From Methanobacteriota archaeon (GTDB lineage Archaea; Thermoplasmatota; Thermoplasmata; SG8-5; DAIRED01), in the NCBI GenBank assembly GCA_043799545.1, contig JAZDNO010000021.1:1-49653 (forward strand): DNA of 49,653 bases, given 5' to 3'. Shown here piece after piece: positions 27,056 through 36,800 of the stretch. Position numbers and translations under genes: made by a program. The notes beneath the pieces were generated by a model. The model saw only the letters and a list, made by a program, of their open reading frames with translations. It had not been told where the DNA came from and made no database searches. Within the stretch, counting starts at the first letter, position 1. Each line of letters starts with the position of its first letter.

Positions 27056-30000
27056 TCATGCCCGCGACGGGGAGCGTTGCGATTTCACGGCCGACACGCA
27101 TCTCGCGGCCTCGTCGAACTTGCCAAGCTTCGCCAGCACGTACCCCTTGTTTATCCAGACGTCTTGGTAATTGGGGTTCAGCTTGATCGCGCTGTTGTAC
27201 GATTTGAGCGCGTCCATGTACTTGCCCTGCCTTGCCAGCGAGTTGCCCTTGTTGTTCCATGCGACCTCCTGCTTCGGGTCGCGCTCGATGGCCTTGTCGA
27301 AGGCCGCCACCGCATCGCTGTGCCTGCCCATCTTCGTCAGGGCGTTGCCGAGATTTATCCACGTCATGGCGTTTTCGGGGTTTATCTTCAGCGCCATTTC
27401 GAGGCATCTCACGCCTTCCTCTACATCGCCGGACAGGACGAGCGCCACACCCTTCCGGGACCACGGGAGGTCGTATCCCTGGTTTGCCTTTTCTCCCTGA
27501 CGGGTCGCTCGCGACCGCATGTGGACTATCGCGTCGTCGTACGCCTGGACCGCCCTCGCATAATCGCTGCGCGAGTACCTCGAGTCCCCCCTCGCTATCG
27601 CCAGGTCCAGGGATTTGTGGCTGGCGTAATCCGCCATCGCCTCGACGCAGGCCGCCCCGAGCAGCGTCATCGTCACCCCTAGCATCGCCTGGGTGGATAT
27701 CGCCCCAGCGTCCGATATCTTCAGGCCCGCGAAAGTGAACAGCGTCACCGCGCTCGCGGCCCAGAGGGCGCGCTTCCGCCATCCCTTCGGCGCGGCGTAA
27801 GTGCCAAAGCCGGACAGGGCAAGCGCGACCGCGAAAAGCGCCGTGAAGAGCAGAGCGGAACTGTCAGCCACGATTGCCGTCAGGGGGAAAAGCGACGCCG
27901 AGACGGCGAACGGGGCTATCCATCGTGAAGACCTCCTCTCCAAGGCGGCGAGGCCGTTGACCCCCCTGGAAAAGGCGTATGCCACGATGACTACGGGCTG
28001 GAACAGGGCTATCAAGACAATCTGCAGCATGTTGGGGAATAGGAAGGAAGTCACCAGGAAAATGCAGAGAAGCATTCCCGTGAAAAATATCAGCAGATTG
28101 AGCAACACGGGTTCTTTCCAGGCGGGGATATCCTCCGAAACGGCGGAAAGGAACGATTCGCCTGCCTTCCCAGGTTCTTCCTCTGGTTGGTATTCGGGCT
28201 GCGGATGGGCTTCCTGGAAAGTTTCCTCGTCGGGGTTTGCCAACGGGGCGGCATTTTCGTTGATTTCTTCGGCGCTAAAGGCGTCTCCGGATACCGCGAT
28301 TTCCTGAATGGCGGTGACGGCTCCGGTCTCCGGATTCGGTTGCGCCTGAGCTTCCGGGCCGATGCCAGGGGGCTGCGTGCCATCAAGTTCTCTCTCCAAT
28401 TCCAGGACCGATGATGGGATTTCGTCGTCCTCCGAGGCTTCCGCTTCTTCCGGCTCGGGCATTTCCCCCATTGCAGATTCTATCTCGCTTATGGCGTCCT
28501 CGATCTCAGTGTCGAGGGCCGCGCTCCCGACATCCACGCGCTTCGTTGCCAATGGTGCCGCGCCTTCCTTTACCTCCTCCACAATGTCGTCGAGGCTGCC
28601 CCCGGACTCGATTTCATCGAGCATCTGGAGCTCTATACCGCCGACTACCGCATTCTCCGGCAGGCGGCCTTTCGCGGCCGGCTCGCTCACTGGCGCCTCC
28701 GCACCAGTCACGGGTTGCTCGGGCTCAGTCTCGACAAGCATCTGCTCAAGTCCGTCCAGCTCGCTTTCCACGTCGGCCGGTTGCGAACTTTTCGGAGGGA
28801 CGATATCCTTGCCTTTCTTTTTAGAGGGCTTCTCAAGATGCAAATCGTCCAGTTCCTGGTCCCTTTCCGAAGGATTTATCTTGGAGTCGACGATGGTATC
28901 TTTTTTCCTGCCATCATCCAACAATCCGCCCAAATCATCTTCGAGCAGACCATCTGCCATGAAATCCAAAGTCTCCAGCTCGTTCTCCATCTCCTCGAGT
29001 TCCTTCTCCGGGACCAACTGCGATTTTATATCCTGCGCGAAGACGAAACCGCATTCGCCGCAAGTCGTGGACCGTGAATCCACGTGCGCGCCGCAAAACG
29101 GGCACTCGGACGAGCCTCTCGGCATAGCCTCTCCCTCGTCCTCTGTCTTGAGCATCCTGAAAAGTTCGTCCACGTCGCTCCCAGCCCCCGCCCCGCACAT
29201 TGGGCACTTGGAGGTCTTCGCGGACATGAACGCCCCGCAATTGACGCATATGTCCAGTTCGGAACCCTTTGGCTCTTCGTGCGCCGCGTCTTCAAGCTCG
29301 TTCGCCCCCAACATCTGGATTAGAACATTTTCCGCGTCAGATAGGGTGTCGCGGTCCTTGCCCTCGAACCTCGGCAGCTCCGCCGGCAGCGCGGCGCCGC
29401 ACTTGCTGCACGAACCCTCGCCTTCCCGAGCGAAGCTCCCGCACCGCGGGCATACTACCAGCGCTTTCACCGCTGGGGCGCTTTCCATCTCCAGGTTCAA
29501 AGGCTCGTAGGCCGGCATCTCCGACCGGTCGGAATTGCACACCGGACATTTCGCACTCCCTTTCTGCATGAACGCGCCGCAGACTGTGCACACGTCGATG
29601 TTCGTCTCATCGAACACGGCGGGCGGCAACGTTTCAGGCGAACCCTTTACCTGGAGGACGCTTTTTATTACACCAGTAACGTCAGGCGTGTACGGCCTGA
29701 CTTCCGGCAGAACCTCGGGCCCATCCGTGTATTTTATCGTCTCCTCGTTCATGAGAGTCGCGCAAACACCGCAACGCTCCGAGCCTGGCTTGACGAACGC
29801 GCCGCACACGCCGCAAATCGCGACCCCGTATGCGAACGCTCCGCCCCGGGGCGCTTGCATTTGCCTTGCGCCGGGGATTTGAGGCTCCGAGCTTACGAGC
29901 ATGTCCAGAAGCTCGACGTCCTCCTTGGGGAGGCTGGGCTTGTCGGGTTTCACGGCCTGGCTCATGAGGGCGTTGCAGCTCGGGCACCTCTCCAAGCCTT

Positions 30001-30406
30001 CGATGGAGAAAGCTCCGCACGCCATGCAAAGCGCGAGCACCTGGTTCTCTGTTTTCTGCGCGGACGCGTCGATTGGATGGACCGCGTGCGCCGCCGGCTC
30101 GTCTGCCGGCGCTTCCTCCGAATCCTCGATGGCGATCCCGCACTGGGGGCACTTGACCGCGCTGGAAACGATGAACGCGCCGCACCCGGGGCACATGAAA
30201 ATCGATTCTGGCTCGCTCGCCGTCGCGCCTTTGGAAGATGATAAATCTGTAACGTCGTCGTCAAAGCCGTCGGTGGCGCCTTCGCCGCCCCCCCTGCCTT
30301 CGGCGGGCTTTCCGCACTGGGGGCACTTGACGGCGCTGGAGCTCATGAATGCGCCGCAATGCGGGCAAAGGTAGAGTGCGTCCGGCTCGTCACCCTTCTT
30401 GGGCAG
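27056..30406 (-). CDS. Eight zinc ribbons, acidic linker, about 6-7 TM helices, C-terminal TPR cluster
   Basis: 8 CxxC-G[AS][FH]-x7-CxxC units; TPRs ENAMTWINLGNAL, QEVAWNNKGNSL, QDVWINKGYVL. The start is uncertain (CTG 30406 proposed); the ORF-track start at 30784 overlaps the divergent gene. Confidence 0.8.
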   Translation of the reverse strand: MPKKGDEPDALYLCPHCGAFMSSSAVKCPQCGKPAEGRGGGEGATDGFDDDVTDLSSSKGATASEPESIFMCPGCGAFIVSSAVKCPQCGIAIEDSEEAPADEPAAHAVHPIDASAQKTENQVLALCMACGAFSIEGLERCPSCNALMSQAVKPDKPSLPKEDVELLDMLVSSEPQIPGARQMQAPRGGAFAYGVAICGVCGAFVKPGSERCGVCATLMNEETIKYTDGPEVLPEVRPYTPDVTGVIKSVLQVKGSPETLPPAVFDETNIDVCTVCGAFMQKGSAKCPVCNSDRSEMPAYEPLNLEMESAPAVKALVVCPRCGSFAREGEGSCSKCGAALPAELPRFEGKDRDTLSDAENVLIQMLGANELEDAAHEEPKGSELDICVNCGAFMSAKTSKCPMCGAGAGSDVDELFRMLKTEDEGEAMPRGSSECPFCGAHVDSRSTTCGECGFVFAQDIKSQLVPEKELEEMENELETLDFMADGLLEDDLGGLLDDGRKKDTIVDSKINPSERDQELDDLHLEKPSKKKGKDIVPPKSSQPADVESELDGLEQMLVETEPEQPVTGAEAPVSEPAAKGRLPENAVVGGIELQMLDEIESGGSLDDIVEEVKEGAAPLATKRVDVGSAALDTEIEDAISEIESAMGEMPEPEEAEASEDDEIPSSVLELERELDGTQPPGIGPEAQAQPNPETGAVTAIQEIAVSGDAFSAEEINENAAPLANPDEETFQEAHPQPEYQPEEEPGKAGESFLSAVSEDIPAWKEPVLLNLLIFFTGMLLCIFLVTSFLFPNMLQIVLIALFQPVVIVAYAFSRGVNGLAALERRSSRWIAPFAVSASLFPLTAIVADSSALLFTALFAVALALSGFGTYAAPKGWRKRALWAASAVTLFTFAGLKISDAGAISTQAMLGVTMTLLGAACVEAMADYASHKSLDLAIARGDSRYSRSDYARAVQAYDDAIVHMRSRATRQGEKANQGYDLPWSRKGVALVLSGDVEEGVRCLEMALKINPENAMTWINLGNALTKMGRHSDAVAAFDKAIERDPKQEVAWNNKGNSLARQGKYMDALKSYNSAIKLNPNYQDVWINKGYVLAKLGKFDEAARCVSAVKSQRSPSRA

Positions 30407-30478
30407 AAGACATCCCTCTTTTCCAATCCAGCGAAGGATTAATATATCGAAAGGATTATAAATAGGTTGTCGTGAAAA

Positions 30479-31330
30479 ATGCATTGCGTTGATGGAACTG
30501 GCTCGTCTCGAAGCGCGCTCCGCGTCGTCCTGGCGCTCGCCGTTGCTCTGTCCCTCGCTGCACCCTTGTTGTCGCAAACGGCCTCCCAGAATGGCGCGTT
30601 CGCGCAGGACATGGGCACCCCGGCGTACGCGAACAGGATGGTCGAGCTGGCGAGCGGCCCCGTGCTGGAACCGGGAGAGGGCGGAGACTTCCACTTGAAG
30701 ATGCGCAATCCCAGCCAGACCGGAGACATGAACAACATCACCCTGAGGCTCTCCATCTACCTCTACAGGAGCCTGGAGAAGCAAATGGACGTCGGCGAAA
30801 TGGGCAGGCCTCCGGTTTTCGTGAACTCAGGCGAGACTGGCTACGATATCCCGATGTTCAGCCTTTCGGCAAATTCCACATCCTCGTTCGTAATACGCAT
30901 CGACACCTGGGAGAGCACGCCGCACCCGGGGTATTTCGACCAAGGGGCGTATTTCATCAGGCTCTGGATGCGCTTCGAGCATGCCGGAGAGACCTTCACC
31001 CTGTTCTCGCGGGGGCATTTCTCGGACGGGCAGTGGGATTCGTACGTCCAGGCAGCCAACGTTTCCCAGCAGGCGGGGGTCGACTACCTTCACAGCATCG
31101 GCTGCGACGGGATAATCCCCGACACGAGCTTCACGGTGAGGCTGAAGATTCCGCTGTGGCCTCTTGCGGTCCTCGTTTTCGCCACCGTCGGGACTGGGAT
31201 GCTGGCTCTGATGTATTACTTGGAGGAAAATCCCGGAACGTCACCCAGGCTAGAGAAGGCTTTTCAGGGCGCGAGGGGCAAGGCCAAGCAGGCTTGGGCA
31301 TTTTGCAAGCAGTCCCTTCGAAAGCCTTGA
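30479..31330 (+). CDS. Secreted, C-terminally membrane-anchored beta-rich protein
   Basis: Signal-like RVVLALAVALSLAAPLL, Ig-like strands, C-terminal TM LWPLAVLVFATVGTGMLALMYY and a basic tail. Confidence 0.7.
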   Translation: MHCVDGTGSSRSALRVVLALAVALSLAAPLLSQTASQNGAFAQDMGTPAYANRMVELASGPVLEPGEGGDFHLKMRNPSQTGDMNNITLRLSIYLYRSLEKQMDVGEMGRPPVFVNSGETGYDIPMFSLSANSTSSFVIRIDTWESTPHPGYFDQGAYFIRLWMRFEHAGETFTLFSRGHFSDGQWDSYVQAANVSQQAGVDYLHSIGCDGIIPDTSFTVRLKIPLWPLAVLVFATVGTGMLALMYYLEENPGTSPRLEKAFQGARGKAKQAWAFCKQSLRKP

Positions 31331-32410
31331 CGGAAAATCTATGTCGCCTTCGCGCGCGACCAGCGCGACGGCCGATGGCTTCGAAAGCGTCCTCAGCGTC
31401 GAATCCAGAGTCTTGTCGTCCATGCCCTTGAACACCGCCCTGAGCGAGGCGGCGCGCATTACCTCCGTGCCGAGAGCGCCCTTCAATTCGGCAGAGTATC
31501 GGGAGAGGCTTGCGGTATCGAGCGTGCCGGCCGCCAAGCAAGAACCCGCGATTTTCGCGCACGCCTCCGCGGCGACCAGCCCAGGGAAAAGCCCGCCGCC
31601 GGATAGCGGCTTGACATGACCAGCGGAATCCCCTACCAGCATCAACCTTTCCGAGTACGGTCTTTCGACGATGCCTATCGGCAGCAGCCCGGCATAGGTC
31701 CCGAGCACGCGCGAGCCGTCGAGCCCCGCTCTTGACACGAGCGCATCCAGCCGCTCCTTTGCCGTGGCCTCTCCCGGGCACATCGCCAGACCGACACGCA
31801 GGGTCGTCCCGGTCGGAATAGTCCATCCGAAGAAACCCGGAGCCACTTCGCGCCCGAGCCAGATGTCCACAGTGTCCGACGCCGCCTCATCACTGCCACA
31901 AGCCAGCTCGCACTCGAATGCCGTCAGCAGTTCCCCGGGCGGCTCGATTCCGGAGAGCCTGCGCACCGCCGACGAAGCGCCGTCCGCGCCGATGACCAGA
32001 CGGGCTTCGACGTCTCGCCCGTCCATGGAAGACAGGCGGGCTCCGGAAGGCACCGTTTCAAGTCCGGACAGTTGCCATCCGAGCCGAAGACTCGCGTCAG
32101 CCTTCACAGCTTCCGCGGCAACGAGCTTGTCCGCCTCCGACCTGTCGATAACAACCGCCCGAGGCTCGGAAGCCCTGACTTCTAGCACTGTGCCCAGGGC
32201 AGAGTGGACGCGGACGCCCTTCAGCAGGTTCAGGGCGCGCGGCCTTCCAAGCAGCTCGCGGGTCCTCGGGCTCACGAGCCCAGCGCACTGGACGGGCCTG
32301 CCGACCTCGCGGTTCTCCTCCAGTATTTCGACGGAAAAGCCAGCCTTCGCCAGCAAACCTGCGGTTCTGGAGCCGACGGGCCCTGCGCCCACTACCGCGA
32401 CGTCAATCAC
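31250..32410 (-). CDS. Geranylgeranyl reductase family flavoprotein (paralog 2)
   Basis: VVGAGPVG dinucleotide-binding motif, CAGLVS, VIGADG, GFFGWTIP, LVGDSAGHVKPLSGGG. GTGA overlap with the upstream gene. Confidence 0.9.
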   Translation of the reverse strand: MIDVAVVGAGPVGSRTAGLLAKAGFSVEILEENREVGRPVQCAGLVSPRTRELLGRPRALNLLKGVRVHSALGTVLEVRASEPRAVVIDRSEADKLVAAEAVKADASLRLGWQLSGLETVPSGARLSSMDGRDVEARLVIGADGASSAVRRLSGIEPPGELLTAFECELACGSDEAASDTVDIWLGREVAPGFFGWTIPTGTTLRVGLAMCPGEATAKERLDALVSRAGLDGSRVLGTYAGLLPIGIVERPYSERLMLVGDSAGHVKPLSGGGLFPGLVAAEACAKIAGSCLAAGTLDTASLSRYSAELKGALGTEVMRAASLRAVFKGMDDKTLDSTLRTLSKPSAVALVAREGDIDFPSRLSKGLLAKCPSLLGLAPRALKSLL

Positions 32411-33594
32411 AGGAGGTCCTCGAATTCCTTGATGAGCTCCGGGTAGCGTTCCTTGATGGCCTTGAGCACATTGAGCACGCTTATTTCAGCCATCGGCACG
32501 CTCGCCACGGCCTCGACCGCCTTGTCGAAAGTCTCGTCGCTCATCGTGGCCATCTTCTCCTTCGCCATCCAGTTGCGGTAGAGCTTCTCCTCCAGCTGGG
32601 CGCGCCATCCCTTCTCGTACTTGTCGAGGAATGCGGCGCTGAAATCTCCGGCCTGGACGGCCTCGGCCGCGACCTTGCCGGCTATTGACCCGGAAACGCA
32701 GCCGCTGAACACGCCGCCCCCGTGGACCGGGTCGACCAGCCTGGCTGCGTCCCCGACCAGCATTATTCCGTCCGCGATGGTCCGGTCTATCGGCGCGCAT
32801 GTCGAGACCGCGCCGGCAATCTCCCGCACTGGATAGCCCTTCTTCAGCTCCGGGTGCATAGCGATGAATTCGTCGAGTCTGCGCTTGGGGTCGCCGGGGT
32901 GTTTTACCTTCGACAGCTGGTGCCCTATCCCGACGTTTGCCGTGTCGCCCGACTTGGGAAAGACCCAGATGTATCCGCCCGGCGCTATCGAACCGCAGTA
33001 GAAATCGTTGAACCTTCTGTCGACATCCACGCCCACGAGCGTGTACTGGTAACAGGTGTCCACGTCGTTCGGCGAAAGGTTCGTGTCTATTCCGGCCCAC
33101 CTCCCAACCTGAGATTCATAGCCGTCGGCGCCAATCACAATCTTCGCCCTGATGTCGGACTCCCTGCCGAAGTGGTTGATGCGCACGCCAGCGACCTTGC
33201 CGTTGCTGCGAAGCAGGCTTGTCGCGCTCGTTTTCACCATGATTTCTGCGCCGGCCCGCGCCGCGTCCTTGGCGAGTTCCATGTCGAATATGTCCCTGTG
33301 GATCACGTAGCCAGTCTCGCTCCCGGCGTGACGGTGGTCAACGACCAGCACCTTTCCGGAAGGGGAGAAAATCCTCGCGCCATCGACCTCGTTGGCAATC
33401 CAGGATTTGCTCGGCTCTATGCCGAGGTCGTCCAGCCAAACCTTCGCGATGCCTTCGCCGCACCTGACCGGAACGCCAATCTCCTGGCGCTTCTCTATCA
33501 TGAGCACGCTCGCCCCTCCGCGCGCGGCGTCCCTCGCGGCAACGCTTCCAGCCGGACCGGCTCCGACAACGACAACGTCGTAATCGTCTCTCAT
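32407..33594 (-). CDS. Digeranylgeranylglycerophospholipid reductase (GGR family)
   Basis: VVGAGPAGS, PVRCGEG, VIGADG, GGYIWVFPK (YxWxFP), VGDAARLVDPVHGGG. Start moved to ATG 33594. Confidence 0.92.
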   Translation of the reverse strand: MRDDYDVVVVGAGPAGSVAARDAARGGASVLMIEKRQEIGVPVRCGEGIAKVWLDDLGIEPSKSWIANEVDGARIFSPSGKVLVVDHRHAGSETGYVIHRDIFDMELAKDAARAGAEIMVKTSATSLLRSNGKVAGVRINHFGRESDIRAKIVIGADGYESQVGRWAGIDTNLSPNDVDTCYQYTLVGVDVDRRFNDFYCGSIAPGGYIWVFPKSGDTANVGIGHQLSKVKHPGDPKRRLDEFIAMHPELKKGYPVREIAGAVSTCAPIDRTIADGIMLVGDAARLVDPVHGGGVFSGCVSGSIAGKVAAEAVQAGDFSAAFLDKYEKGWRAQLEEKLYRNWMAKEKMATMSDETFDKAVEAVASVPMAEISVLNVLKAIKERYPELIKEFEDLL

Positions 33595-33806
33595 GGAAGA
33601 CGCGTATGCTGGTTGCCCATATAATCGTTTCGCGGCACGCGTCCACGCGCTTTTATTCAGGCGCAACGTTTATATACGAGCATCAAGCAAGTTCATATAC
33701 TCGTTATAACCACATTTATATACCTGATATAGTATGTGTAAACCAAATGGATGGGTGGGCAACCGCATCCTTTTGGCGGTATCCCTAAAGTACCGGAGAT
33801 GCACAG

Positions 33807-36800
33807 TTGGCAAGCAGCTACCTCAAGGCCATGCAGCTGCGCAAGCAGCTGGAGGAGAAGGCCAAGGAAACGGCCCAGCTTCGTCAAAAGGCCGAAGATG
33901 CACTCAGTTCTGCTGAAACGCTTCTCGGCAATGCGAAAGCCGCCGACCTGGACACATCCGCCGTAAACGAGATAATGAACAAAGCCAAGATGGCGATGGC
34001 GGACAAGGACTACGAGACGGCCCTTGGCCAGACCAGCCTTTTCAAGGAAGAGGTCGCCAAGACCTACGACAAGCTCATCGAAACGATTTGCGCATCCACC
34101 GAATCCCTCCTCTCATTCCTGGACGAGGGGGCGCCTGAAAAGAAACAGGTCGAAACCCTTCTGGTGAAGGCCGGCGACTCAAGAGGCGCGGGAGACGTCG
34201 AGGGGGCGCTCAAGCACGCGAAAGCCGCCTGGGAGATTGCGGAAAAACTGATGAACGGCAAGCTGTCCGCGCAATTCTCCGCGGCTCAATCGCTGATTGT
34301 CACGGCCCGCAACAGCAAAGAGGATGTCAAGGAGGCGGAGGAGCTCCTGACCATGGCGCGTTCGGCGATGTCCTCTCAGGACTATACGACGGCCTTCGAG
34401 CACGTGAGGAAATGCATAGAGTCCACATCCGGGTCGCTCGTCGAGCAGATCAACGAAGACCTGGACGAGGCAAGGGGGCTCATTGCCACGGCCAAGGGGC
34501 TGGGCATCGACACCGCCAAACCGGAGGAGAGCCTCGCAAAGGTCGAGGAGCAACTGGACAGATACGAGTTCGAGGGGGCGATGAGCTCCGCATCGCTTGC
34601 CAAGAGCGAGGCGGAAAAGGCGCTGACCAGGGGCATTTCCGACGTCGTGGAGCGCGTCTCGGCCGAGATACTGTCCGCGGAGAAGATTGACGCGGAGGTC
34701 AAACTCGCGCAGGGGCACCTCACAAGGGCAAAGAGCGCCATCAAAGGCGGCAATTACGAGGAGGCCATCGGAGCCCTTAAGGATGGCGAGGAGGAGACGA
34801 AGAACGCCCAGTTCCAGCGCGTTCTCCAGACGATTTCCCAGTCAAAATCAAAATTCATGATAGCGAAAAAGCTAGACATCGACGTCAGCGGCCCGGTGGA
34901 CTTCCTCAACAAGGCCAAGGAGTCGATGAAGTCGAACGACTACAAGCGCGCGCTCGAATTCGCCGAGAAGGGAGACGACGCGATAGAGCAGCTCGTGAGG
35001 GATTACCAGGAAGCGGACGAGGCGATCAAGGGCCTCGAGCAGGCTGTGAACGACGCGAGCGAGAGCGGCATCGACGCCGTGGCCGCCGCGCAGACGATGG
35101 CCCAGGCCAAGGAGACGCTCGAACAGAAGGATTACAGGAAGGTCGCGCTGCTGGTCCACAAGGGCCTGTCGGAGGTCGAGGGCCTCCTCTACCGCATGGC
35201 GATGGAGCACATCGAAATCGCTGAGCTGGTGCTGAACACCGGCGAGAAGATAGGGGCCAACATGAAGGAGGCGCGGGACCTGTTCAAGGAATCGGTCGAC
35301 TCCATGAAGGCCAAGAAGTTCAAGCAGGCGGCGACGTCGAGCGACTCATGCGCCGCGAGGGCGGAGGCGCTGATCAAGGACCACGTCTCCGGATTCATAA
35401 TGACCGTCGAGCTGGCGATAGAGCAGGTCGAGGGGATTGACCCCGCCAGGCCGAGGGAGCTTCTGTCGATGGCCAAGCAGGGCTTCGATCAGGCAGAGTA
35501 CGACAAGTCGTACGAACTGGCCCACGAGGCGTTCTCCATTGTCGATTCAGGGCAGTCGAGGAAGGCGCGGGACGAGCTCGCCGATATGGAAAAGGAAATC
35601 CTCCTGACCAAGGAGATGGGCTGCACTATCGAGGAAATGCTGAGGAAGCTGGATTCGGCAAAGACCGCAATCGCGGACAAGAACTACGCCCAGGTCTACA
35701 ACATCTACCAGGATGTCTCGCAGACAGCGAAGACCCTCCAGTACGGCGCGGCGGAGATGGCGTTCTCAAACGCAAAGCTGGCTGTAGTCGAGGCAAAGAA
35801 GCTCGGGATAGACATCACCAACATGCGCGAGACCCTCAAGAAGGCAAAATCGTCATTCGACCTCGAGCGCTACAAGGAGACTTTCGACCTCAGCTTGGCG
35901 TCGCAGAACGAGGCGTCGAGGATGATGTCCCTCAGGACTGAGGCTTACAACACCATCACCCAGACGGCGGCCATGGTCGCGGAGGCGAAGAAGAACAACG
36001 CCGACGTGGACAAGGTAATGGCAACGCTCCTCGGCGCCAAGACAGCCTTCGAGCGCTTCGACTACAAATCGTCGATAGACATCGCCAACCAGGCGAGGAC
36101 TGAAACAGAGGCCCTGATGAACCTCTACAATTCCGCGAACCTCCTCATGCGGTTCAGGGACGACATCAAGCTGCTCCAGAACCTCAAGGTGGAAGGCATC
36201 GAAGGCTACATCAAGAAGGCCGAGGACGCGAAGAACTTCCTCAAGAACAAGGATTACGAGAGCGCCCAGTCGGTTCTCACCGTGCCGGCGAAGGAGGCGC
36301 GAGAGAAGCTCTCAGCGACGATATCCTCTCTAATTTCCATAGGCCAGAGCGCCGTCGACGCCGCGAAGGAGCTGAGGGTGCGCGTCGATTCCGCGGAGGC
36401 AATCATCTCCAGGTCCAAGACCGCGCTCGCCGCAGAGCATTTCCAGGAGGCGGTTGACAACGCGCTCGAGGCCAGGAACGAGGTCGACCGGATACGCGAC
36501 CTGAGCCTGCGCGCCGCCAAGGCGGTCAAGGAAGCCCACGAGAAGGTCTCTGAATGCGAGAACCTCAGGGCGGACCCTGTCTCGGCGAAGTTGAAGCTCG
36601 AGGATGCGATGGAATCGATCAAGTCGTCCGACTACGACAAGGCGATAAAGCTCGCCCAGCAGGCGATGGAGGAGGCCACGCGCTCCGAGCACAAGTACGT
36701 CGCTGAGACCATCAACAACTTCAGGCTCACGATAGAAAAGGCCAAGATGGACGGCACGAACGTTACCGCCGCCGAGAGGCTGCTCAACCAGGCCAGGGAG

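Noticed and set aside
30407-30784. N-terminal extension of the ribbon/TPR ORF called by the ORF track
   Set aside because: It overlaps the divergent gene by about 300 nt and crosses the AT-rich promoter region.
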